From a virus (taxonomy: Duplodnaviria > Caudoviricetes), in the IMG/VR virus record IMGVR_UViG_3300023103_000006, positions 1-53,175 of that record: a stretch of DNA of 53,175 nucleotides, one strand, 5' to 3'. Made by a program: the position numbers and the translations under genes. Below are positions 46,490-53,175 of the stretch, piece after piece (positions within the stretch are counted from its first letter, which is position 1; every line of letters starts with the position of its first letter). The notes beneath the pieces were generated by a model, which saw nothing but the letters and a program-made list of their open reading frames with translations, made no database searches and was not told the origin of the DNA.

Positions 46490-46723
46490 TTAGATATTAT
46501 TGATGTATAAAGACTTGATGTAATAAGGTTTGCCGAAATTATTTTGATTTGAGAGCGCAAACCCGAATTTAAACGGCATATCTCTGTTGAATATGTATAC
46601 TTGCCATGCTGTTTTGCAAACCTTAGTTACCATTACGCCATCTGGGCCAACTAAAGACATTTCAACTATTTCTTTTTCTGGTAATGTAGAGTGCCATTTT
46701 TGAGAGTATTTTGAGTTTGCCAT
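46490..46723 (-). CDS. Hypothetical protein
   Basis: Tiled ORF. Confidence 0.55.
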   Translation of the reverse strand: MANSKYSQKWHSTLPEKEIVEMSLVGPDGVMVTKVCKTAWQVYIFNRDMPFKFGFALSNQNNFGKPYYIKSLYINNI

Positions 46724-46759
46724 CTTCTTGTTTTAATTTGATAGTATAAAGGTTATATA

Positions 46760-47107
46760 TTATTCAAAATCCGTTCCGTATTTATTCCACATATCTCCAT
46801 AAAAAAGGTTGTTAACTACTTTCTTTTCGTTTACCAACCATTCGTTATTTTTTACAATTGGCGTAGACATCTTTACTGTTTCTGCAACTTGTGTAACTTC
46901 TTTTTTGGCCAATTCTATTTCGTATTGCTTCGCAACCTCTTTTGATTCTTTAGCAGAAACCCACGCTTCTAATTTAAAGAAAACTCCATCTAAATAGATG
47001 AAAATAACATTATTGTTTTTGTTGTTATTTTGAACATAAACTACACCGTTGAATTTTGCGCCTGATGCGATTTTTTCTTTTGCGATACTTAGAGTTGAAT
47101 TGTCCAT
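46760..47107 (-). CDS. Hypothetical early protein (likely start MDNSTL)
   Basis: The longer TTG start lies upstream of the -7 box at 47134-47141. Confidence 0.55.
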   Translation of the reverse strand: MDNSTLSIAKEKIASGAKFNGVVYVQNNNKNNNVIFIYLDGVFFKLEAWVSAKESKEVAKQYEIELAKKEVTQVAETVKMSTPIVKNNEWLVNEKKVVNNLFYGDMWNKYGTDFE

Positions 47108-47116
47108 TTTTGTTTC

Positions 47117-47164
47117 TGTTTTAATTTCTATATCAAAGATACGGTAAATAATAATACAAAACAA
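47117..47164 (-). promoter_or_regulatory. Early promoter, repeat copy 1
   Basis: TTG-N20-TATCTTTG; 47117-47141 matches 49035-49059 at 24 of 25 nt. Confidence 0.7.
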
Positions 47165-47181
47165 GCATTACTTGTAATAAG

Positions 47182-47382
47182 TTATCCACAATCTTGTATT
47201 TTTATTGTTAGCCCGAATATCTTAGCAATGTTTTCCACCGTTTCAAAAGAGGGCGTAGTTGCTCCTGATTCTATTTGCTGAATAGCTTGCTGAGATATAG
47301 GAGGGGTTAATAGTTCGCCTAATTGCGCTTGAGTTAACCCCCTGGCTTTTCTGAGTGTCTTTATTTTTTCGTTGATTTTCAT
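47182..47382 (-). CDS. XRE/Cro-like HTH regulator
   Basis: LRKARGLTQAQLG...ISQQAIQQIESG..PS. Confidence 0.85.
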   Translation of the reverse strand: MKINEKIKTLRKARGLTQAQLGELLTPPISQQAIQQIESGATTPSFETVENIAKIFGLTIKIQDCG

Positions 47383-47390
47383 GTTTTAGT

Positions 47391-47675
47391 TTATTTTCGT
47401 TTACCTCTCCAGTGTTCCGAATCTTTCGGAAGATATACAGGCTTTTTATATTTGTTGAATAGCTTTTTCATTGGAGAAATTGTTTTGTTATTCATTTTAA
47501 AAACACTCTCCATGTGTTCAGGATGTCCACATTCTAAAGTTCTTTTAAGCTGTCTTAGCCAATAAGGGCCGTTATAATTTCCTGCCCATTCTATTAGGTC
47601 TTTTTGCCTATATTTTGGCAAACTTAGGAACTTATCAGGGTCTCTAATCATTAAATTTAATTTCTTCTTTCTCAT
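47391..47675 (-). CDS. Hypothetical basic protein
   Basis: Coupled ORF. Confidence 0.55.
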   Translation of the reverse strand: MRKKKLNLMIRDPDKFLSLPKYRQKDLIEWAGNYNGPYWLRQLKRTLECGHPEHMESVFKMNNKTISPMKKLFNKYKKPVYLPKDSEHWRGKRK

Positions 47676-48190
47676 GTTATTAGTGACGTAAAGAATTTTT
47701 TCATAAATTTATCTTCATATTTATACCACCTATCGCCAGCAGAGTGGTTTAAGAATTTCTTATAGAATTTTTCAGCTAAATGCCCCTTTTGGGGTATATT
47801 AAAAAGTATTTCCAACTCTGAATAACTGCCGTATTGTAATCTTTTAAATTCTAAAGCAGAATCATAAGTACTAATAACTTTGATAAAGCCATAATCTTTG
47901 TTAATCACAACTAATAGTGATTCTCTTTTCTTACTTCTAAAGTTTTCTTCCAGAAAAATCAAAGACTCTTTCACTCTTTTGATTGAGGATTTGTCTCTAA
48001 ATGTTATTACAAAATCAGGAACAGTATCATCTATTTTGCTATCATCAACTTCCGACCTGTACATCATGATAGTGTTATTCTCTCCATGACGGTCTTCGGT
48101 AGAAAATATTTTGAACCTTTCAGAAAAAAGTTCTAAATAATAAGATTCATCAACCTCATTACCCATTTTTATTAACTTTTTCTTTATCAT
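47672..48190 (-). CDS. Hypothetical protein with a possible degenerate GIY-YIG/T5orf172-like C-terminus
   Basis: FIKV....RLQYG...LEIL......E...KKF.....G.RWY. Confidence 0.5.
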   Translation of the reverse strand: MIKKKLIKMGNEVDESYYLELFSERFKIFSTEDRHGENNTIMMYRSEVDDSKIDDTVPDFVITFRDKSSIKRVKESLIFLEENFRSKKRESLLVVINKDYGFIKVISTYDSALEFKRLQYGSYSELEILFNIPQKGHLAEKFYKKFLNHSAGDRWYKYEDKFMKKFFTSLIT

Positions 48191-48354
48191 AATTCTTCTA
48201 CAATTTCATGTTCTAAATTCCACCAAGAGACAGGCAACCATTCGCCACGTTCGTTTTTAATTTCCCCACCTTTCACCTCGTAAAATGAGTTTTGGTAAAG
48301 GCCGATAGATTTTAAATTACTATCTGATTTTTTAAGTTTGATTATTGCATTCAT
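48187..48354 (-). CDS. Hypothetical early protein (likely start MNAIIK)
   Basis: Downstream of the promoter at 48390-48397. Confidence 0.5.
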   Translation of the reverse strand: MNAIIKLKKSDSNLKSIGLYQNSFYEVKGGEIKNERGEWLPVSWWNLEHEIVEEL

Positions 48355-48389
48355 TGTCCTATTTATTTTATTGTTCCGTTTAACTGATA

Positions 48390-48421
48390 CAAATATACAA
48401 GGCATCTAGGATATATCCTAG
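48390..48421 (-). promoter_or_regulatory. Promoter -7 box plus palindromic operator CTAGGATATATCCTAG
   Basis: TATATTTG at 48390-48397; perfect 16-bp palindrome at 48406-48421. Confidence 0.7.
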
Positions 48422-48432
48422 TAATATATCAT

Positions 48433-48609
48433 TTATTTTTCTAAACTTTCAAAAAAATATTTAGCCGCTATCCCCCTGGATGCCGGAAATGGTTTTTTCT
48501 CTTTCAGATAGTTATACCAGTCGCCTTCATTAATACCTAAAGCCTCAAACATAGCTTTGTTTTTGATGCTATGTTGCTTCATTTTATCTTTTACCTGTTG
48601 TATTGTCAT
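48433..48609 (-). CDS. Small Cro-like HTH protein (58 aa)
   Basis: MTIQQVKDKMKQHSIKNKAMFEALGINEGDWYNYLKEKKPFP...; below the ORF-track cutoff; lies between the two operators. Confidence 0.55.
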   Translation of the reverse strand: MTIQQVKDKMKQHSIKNKAMFEALGINEGDWYNYLKEKKPFPASRGIAAKYFFESLEK

Positions 48610-48686
48610 AATTTAATTTTTTTTTATTCCTTTGTAGCACTCCTACTATTTTATTCGGAAATCTGTGCTACTGGTGCGATTAGTGG

Positions 48687-49025
48687 TTATACTGCCTTTA
48701 CAAACAACTCAACTGTTTGATGTTTACTACCTTCTTTGTGATTTACATACATTAACATCTTTTTTCCTGCGAACTTGTTGAAAGTTCTGTTTTTCACGGG
48801 AATATCCACTTCTATTAAGGTGTTGCAATCTGTATTAATTGTAATATTTTTTAATGTAGAAAGATTAATTTCGTGACGCTCGAAACCTTCATTAATTGCA
48901 ATGCGAGATACTTTTTGTTTTATCATACCTACAAATTTAGGCGCGCTAGTTTCTCTTCTTAAGTCTGTAAGAGAGATAACCGTATTTGCTGATTCGATTT
49001 TTAATGTAAATTCTTGAGTTGTCAT
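48687..49025 (-). CDS. Hypothetical early protein
   Basis: First gene after promoter 49052-49059. Confidence 0.6.
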   Translation of the reverse strand: MTTQEFTLKIESANTVISLTDLRRETSAPKFVGMIKQKVSRIAINEGFERHEINLSTLKNITINTDCNTLIEVDIPVKNRTFNKFAGKKMLMYVNHKEGSKHQTVELFVKAV

Positions 49026-49034
49026 TTTCTTATT

Positions 49035-49083
49035 TGTTTTAATTTCTATGTCAAAGATAGGGGTTATCTAGGACATATCCTAG
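49035..49083 (-). promoter_or_regulatory. Early promoter, repeat copy 2, plus operator CTAGGACATATCCTAG
   Basis: TATCTTTG at 49052-49059; palindrome at 49068-49083, same offset as at 48406. Confidence 0.7.
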
Positions 49084-49132
49084 AACTATTTAATTTATTT
49101 TCAATAATATTTTCATAATGCTTGAATAGTTA

Positions 49133-49140
49133 TATATTTG
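49133..49140 (+). promoter_or_regulatory. -7 box of the probable late-operon promoter
   Basis: TATATTTG 21 nt before ATG 49162; no clear -33 element. Confidence 0.5.
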
Positions 49141-49161
49141 TAAGAAAAAACATTATAAAAC

Positions 49162-49575
49162 ATGAAGAAGATTATAGGACTCTTGGTTTTACTTTCATTA
49201 TCACTCTGCTCTTTCGCTCAAACCGCCCCTACTCTTGTAGCTTCCGGCACAATAACTAATACAACCTACTCTTATAAGGGTTACACATTAGGTACAGGTG
49301 TAGGTGGTAATGTGTTGTATCAAATCGTGGCAACAAGAACATCAGGCACAACTACCGGGGGTATCCGGTTGGAATATTCAAACGATGGGGTTAATTATGT
49401 TGCGATACCAAGCGCAGATACGCTAGCGATTACAAACGTAGCAACAGCGCAAACAAAAACTATTCCTATCGCTATTCCAGCCGCTAAATTTGTTCGGGTA
49501 CGTGGTCAACTAGCAGGTACAGGGGTTTATACCTATGCTTTATATGCGAATTATAGATATAATAGTAAGCCGTAA
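49162..49575 (+). CDS. Secreted beta-sandwich protein with Sec signal peptide, possibly a virion decoration protein
   Basis: MKKIIGLLVLLSLSLCSFA-Q; LEYSNDGVNY...FVRV motif. Confidence 0.65.
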   Translation: MKKIIGLLVLLSLSLCSFAQTAPTLVASGTITNTTYSYKGYTLGTGVGGNVLYQIVATRTSGTTTGGIRLEYSNDGVNYVAIPSADTLAITNVATAQTKTIPIAIPAAKFVRVRGQLAGTGVYTYALYANYRYNSKP

Positions 49576-49645
49576 TAGGATTATAATTAGTTAAGTCTCG
49601 AAAATATCGAACCTGATAATTAAAAGTATAGGATAATTCTAATAA

Positions 49646-50119
49646 ATGTCTAAAAAAGAAGAAAATAAGGGAGGTAGACCGCCTTTGTTTCAGAATGAAG
49701 AAGAACTTGAAGATAAAATAAAAGAGTATTTTATTCATATCAAAGGTGAATATCATTATGAAACCAAAACTTCTTTGAATAAAAAGACAAACGAAGAAAG
49801 AGAGATTGATGTAATAGTCTGGGATAGGGATGAAGAACCGCCAACAATAACAGGATTAGCTTTATTTCTTGGTTTTTGTAGTAGACAATCGTTTTATGAC
49901 TATGAATCTAACGACGGGTTTTCTTACGCTATAAAAAGAGCGAGAATGAGAATTGAAAATGCTTACGAAAAATGCTTATACAATGATAAGCCAATCGGGG
50001 CTATTTTCGCCTTGAAAAACATGAGTTGGAGGGATAAGCAAGAACTGGAACAAACTGCCAAAGTCTATCATCTATTAGACGGCACAGAGGGCAAAGATTC
50101 AGAAGAAGATGACGATTAG
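49646..50119 (+). CDS. terS: Terminase small subunit
   Basis: GGRPP.F; PTITGLALFLG; GAIFALKN..WRDK; adjacent to terL. Confidence 0.85.
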   Translation: MSKKEENKGGRPPLFQNEEELEDKIKEYFIHIKGEYHYETKTSLNKKTNEEREIDVIVWDRDEEPPTITGLALFLGFCSRQSFYDYESNDGFSYAIKRARMRIENAYEKCLYNDKPIGAIFALKNMSWRDKQELEQTAKVYHLLDGTEGKDSEEDDD

Positions 50120-51506
50120 CCACATAACCAAAGATGCAAGCGATTTAGAAAAGCGATTTTTGCCAAATTATCACAAGGTTAAGAAAGCAAAAACCGATTA
50201 CATAATTAACTTTGGGTCTGGAGGTTCCGGTAAATCTTATTCACAAGCACAATTCTTTGTAAAGAAAGTAACCCGAAAGAAACATAAATTAGTGGTTCTT
50301 AGAAAAGTAGGTGCTGATATAGGAGACAGCGTTTATTCGCAGTTCGTAGATGATGCCTTACCCTTTTGGGGGCTAGAAAACAAAGAAGATTATATTCTAA
50401 GAAAGCCAGAAGGCAAATATAGGATAGAATTTCCTCATAATGGTTCAAAGATTTTATTCAGAGGTGTAGAAGACCCTCAACGCTTTAAATCAATTAACGG
50501 TGTAACTCTCCTTTGGATTGAAGAAGCAAGTGAATTTACGGAAGAAGAATTTAATATCATAAGTGACCGGATAAGAGGGGATAATGTAAGAATATATTTA
50601 ACCTTTAATCCTATTAGCGAAGACCACTGGTTAAAGAAAAGATTTATTGATACGCCTATCTTAGATGTAAACGGACAAAGCAGGGTAACGGTAATATTTA
50701 GTACTTATTTAGAGAACCCCTTTGTTGGCAATAAGTTTATAGAGGATATGAACTGGTATAGAGTTAATGACCCTGACCATTACGCAGTATATGGATTAGG
50801 ACAATGGGGGGTAATAGCATCGAAAAGACCGTTTATTCGTGCGGTAGATTACAACAAACAATTTGTTAAATGCTTTGACTGGTATAGACCGGATTTGCCA
50901 GTTTATATTTCACTTGACTTTAACGTAAAATGGTCTGCAACTGTCAGACAGCAAATCCCTGGAAAAGGGCGTGTTTATCTGGAAGCAAGGCGGGATTACC
51001 CTGACGAACTAATAGAATATTTAGCGGTAAGATATGGAGGGTATGAAGTGTTTTTCACGGGCGATGCAAGTGGCAGGGCTCAAACACAATACACAAGCGA
51101 TGAAAGTAAGAAATCAGCTTGGCTACTATTAAGAAGTAATTTCAATGCGATTTGTTGTAAGTTGTATAATAGAAGCGAGCAAATGCAATTAAGAGCCTAT
51201 TTCAATGATTCTTTTGTAATGAAAAGGAATATAGGACACGATTCAAGCCGGATTATATGTAACACGATGTTTCAGATTTGGGGAGAACATAATCAGCTTT
51301 GGTTTGATGAAGAACATTGCAGGCAATTGAAAGATGATTTTAAGCGTGTAGATGCTACACCGAGCGGTGGTTTGAATAAAGTTCAGTTGAATAATGAAGA
51401 CATAGCTCACTTGTTAGATTGCGCTAGGTACGACGTTTGTTACTTTGAATTTGAGAATTTCAAGGCTTTGGATTTATATAAGAAACAAGTAAAACTGGCA
51501 GCATAA
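50109..51506 (+). CDS. terL: Terminase large subunit (PBSX-like)
   Basis: GSGGSGKS Walker A; WIEEASE Walker B; LTFNP; STYLENPF; nuclease motifs LDFN and HLLDCARY. Confidence 0.93.
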   Translation: MTISHITKDASDLEKRFLPNYHKVKKAKTDYIINFGSGGSGKSYSQAQFFVKKVTRKKHKLVVLRKVGADIGDSVYSQFVDDALPFWGLENKEDYILRKPEGKYRIEFPHNGSKILFRGVEDPQRFKSINGVTLLWIEEASEFTEEEFNIISDRIRGDNVRIYLTFNPISEDHWLKKRFIDTPILDVNGQSRVTVIFSTYLENPFVGNKFIEDMNWYRVNDPDHYAVYGLGQWGVIASKRPFIRAVDYNKQFVKCFDWYRPDLPVYISLDFNVKWSATVRQQIPGKGRVYLEARRDYPDELIEYLAVRYGGYEVFFTGDASGRAQTQYTSDESKKSAWLLLRSNFNAICCKLYNRSEQMQLRAYFNDSFVMKRNIGHDSSRIICNTMFQIWGEHNQLWFDEEHCRQLKDDFKRVDATPSGGLNKVQLNNEDIAHLLDCARYDVCYFEFENFKALDLYKKQVKLAA

Positions 51507-51694
51507 TGGAAGAAACATTTGTAATAGTTCAAAATCCTAAATCAAAACACTATCATATTTGTAATGATGAAAAAGGAAACATGAAAGCTTTTAGTAGTGA
51601 AGAAAGTGCAAAGAAGTATGCTGAATATAATTTAGAAAAAGATTGCGTTGTATTTAAGTTAATTACTCCCTTTTCTTGTGTTGAAATCTTATGA
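51506..51694 (+). CDS. Hypothetical protein
   Basis: Coupled at both ends. Confidence 0.55.
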   Translation: MEETFVIVQNPKSKHYHICNDEKGNMKAFSSEESAKKYAEYNLEKDCVVFKLITPFSCVEIL

Positions 51695-52758
51695 ACTACC
51701 TTTCAAACATAGTAGGCTTAACAGGAACCACAACACCCCCGGTAACAGGCGCAAAACTTGTGAATGATTTGCCTATTATATCTAGTAGCTTCGTTGTAGG
51801 TAGTGGCAAGCTAACAGAAACTGGGATAGATGAAATATGGAATAGAACGCTAACTAATGCCGCTGATATATTCGAAATGGATTTGTATTCTGAGATAAGC
51901 AAGGAAGATAGATTCAGGCAATTAATGAGTATGACGGCTGACTTTCAGTCTTCTACTAATCCAGACAAGGCGGCAAGCCCAAGGTATGAAGGCGTGAGAT
52001 TGAGGGCGGCAAGGCAAAAGAATACAGTCTTGTATATCAAAAATCTTTATGTTTATGGCACAGGAACTTACACAGTTAAGATTTACGACTTAAATACTGG
52101 CAATGAGGTATATGAATCGCCTGAGCCATTAAATGTTGTTGTAGAGGGGTATTTACAAGTTTATCACAAATTAAGCTTAGATAAACTAAATAACAATTAC
52201 TTTGTGTGCGTAGATGTTACTGATATAGATTTAGGCGCAATAAATGGCAATAATGGGTTCTTCAATGATAGGTGTGGTCAATTTCCGGTTGATGTTACAA
52301 GCGGCTCAATCCTAATAGCAAGCGACAAAAAAGACTTAAATTTTGTATCAAGTAATTGTTATGTTCATGTTGAAGCTGAAATAGCAAGCGATTTGACAAA
52401 CTTTGTGAGCATGAATACGGATTTGTTTGCTTTGGCGGCACAGTATCTTTGTGGTTCGTTATTACTGGCAGATTCACTAAAGAGCGATAAGTTTAATATA
52501 TGGACTAATACCAACGCAATTGTAAGAGAAAAGGAAATGATAGCTCAAAGAGAGTCTTACTACGAATACCTTTGCAAATCAATTCAGCCAGCATTAATGC
52601 GATTAGCTCCGACGGCAATAGTAGAAAAGAAAGACGCAAGCGAGAAACTAGGCATTCATACAAGTAGTTTAATTCCTGACGGCTTTTATTATTATCCAAG
52701 TGAATACGACATTAACAGATTCGGAGTTTTAAATTCACAAGATTATCCAGTTTATTGA
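51691..52758 (+). CDS. Putative head-tail adaptor/structural protein
   Basis: 355 aa between terL and the neck gene; positional call. Confidence 0.5.
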   Translation: MNYLSNIVGLTGTTTPPVTGAKLVNDLPIISSSFVVGSGKLTETGIDEIWNRTLTNAADIFEMDLYSEISKEDRFRQLMSMTADFQSSTNPDKAASPRYEGVRLRAARQKNTVLYIKNLYVYGTGTYTVKIYDLNTGNEVYESPEPLNVVVEGYLQVYHKLSLDKLNNNYFVCVDVTDIDLGAINGNNGFFNDRCGQFPVDVTSGSILIASDKKDLNFVSSNCYVHVEAEIASDLTNFVSMNTDLFALAAQYLCGSLLLADSLKSDKFNIWTNTNAIVREKEMIAQRESYYEYLCKSIQPALMRLAPTAIVEKKDASEKLGIHTSSLIPDGFYYYPSEYDINRFGVLNSQDYPVY

Positions 52759-52759
52759 C

Positions 52760-52870
52760 ATGGAATTTGAATTTATAATCTATTTGGGCTTTATAATGAT
52801 GGTAATAGGCGTATCATTCTTTATTGGCTATCAGATTAGTAAATGGATAGATAAAGACTTTGAACTATGA
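52760..52870 (+). CDS. Small single-TM protein (36 aa)
   Basis: MEFEFIIYLGFIMMVIGVSFFIGYQISKWIDKDFEL; ATGA overlap with the next gene. Confidence 0.5.
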   Translation: MEFEFIIYLGFIMMVIGVSFFIGYQISKWIDKDFEL

Positions 52871-53175
52871 TAACCATAATAACCCCCGACGCTAAATTAG
52901 AGAAAGCAAAACAAAGCATTGAAAGTTTTGTAAATGTGATTCCTGATATTATCTTTGAGGCAGCAGGCAAAGCGGCCGACATGGTACAGGATAGAGTAGA
53001 AGGGCAAGGACTTGCGGCAAATGGAAGTTTTCTAATGACACCATCAAACACACCGATTGGAAGGTATGGACAAAGACACGGAAAAGCAAGAGAGAAAAAA
53101 GGATTGTCCACTAACAAAGTCAATTTGTCTTACACCGGGCAAATGTGGGATTCATGGGAAGAAGAAAAAGGAGCT
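52867..53175 (+). CDS. 5' part of putative neck/virion morphogenesis protein, continues across the junction to 314
   Basis: ATG 52867 (MITIITPDAKLEKAKQSIESF...) is in frame with ORF 9..314 through the terminal repeat; ATGA overlap with the upstream stop. Confidence 0.7.
   Translation, partial: MITIITPDAKLEKAKQSIESFVNVIPDIIFEAAGKAADMVQDRVEGQGLAANGSFLMTPSNTPIGRYGQRHGKAREKKGLSTNKVNLSYTGQMWDSWEEEKGA
53027..53175. repeat. Terminal direct repeat, right copy
   Basis: Matches 1-149. Confidence 0.95.

Noticed and set aside
25953-48089. Plus-strand ORFs overlapping the early region (e.g. 25953, 27539, 28779, 34494, 42188, 43420)
   Set aside because: Shadows of tiled minus-strand genes.
24896-49025. 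Lysogeny module implied by several HTH genes
   Set aside because: No tyrosine/serine integrase, ParA or CI peptidase domain was recognised.
52836-53123. Minus-strand 95-aa ORF
   Set aside because: Shadow of the + strand gene 52867->314 that crosses the circular junction.
1-53175. Genome-wide stop-codon reassignment, suggested by the many short ORFs
   Set aside because: Conserved genes are intact in the standard code; short ORFs tile with ATGA/TAATG overlaps; TAA, TGA and TAG all end genes; no suppressor tRNA was seen.

Overview
The window is an apparently complete, circularly permuted, AT-rich tailed (probably siphovirus-like) phage genome of about 53.0 kb. Positions 1-149 repeat at 53027-53175, and one gene spans the junction. 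The host is probably a Bacteroidota member, possibly Cytophagales. Evidence: TAnnTTTG/TTG promoters, A-rich start regions without Shine-Dalgarno motifs, signal peptides followed by Gln, a BT4734/VirE-N-like primase-helicase and a stand-alone LytTR protein. The + strand late region (49162 -> junction -> 24906) holds terminase, neck, tail chaperone, tape measure, tail tip, tail tube, portal, scaffold, capsid, fibres, a GH19-like endolysin and a spanin-like gene, in a non-canonical order. The mostly - strand early/middle region (24896-49025) holds many short ORFs, a primase-helicase, SF2 helicase, VRR-NUC nuclease, SSB-like protein, two methyltransferases, several HTH proteins and a probable iteron origin. 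A + strand island of membrane genes interrupts it. No integrase, DNA polymerase, tRNA, CRISPR array or reverse transcriptase was recognised. Most interesting observations: (1) three sequence-divergent but architecturally identical promoter-proximal RNA leaders, each with a 5' hairpin loop complementary to the loop of a downstream terminator-like hairpin; (2) several fibre/virion-accessory-like proteins carrying Sec signal peptides; (3) a -1 frameshift/slippage site with about 250 nt of dual coding in the tail chaperone gene; (4) further candidate ncRNAs. All product calls come from reading motifs and gene context by eye, not from database searches.
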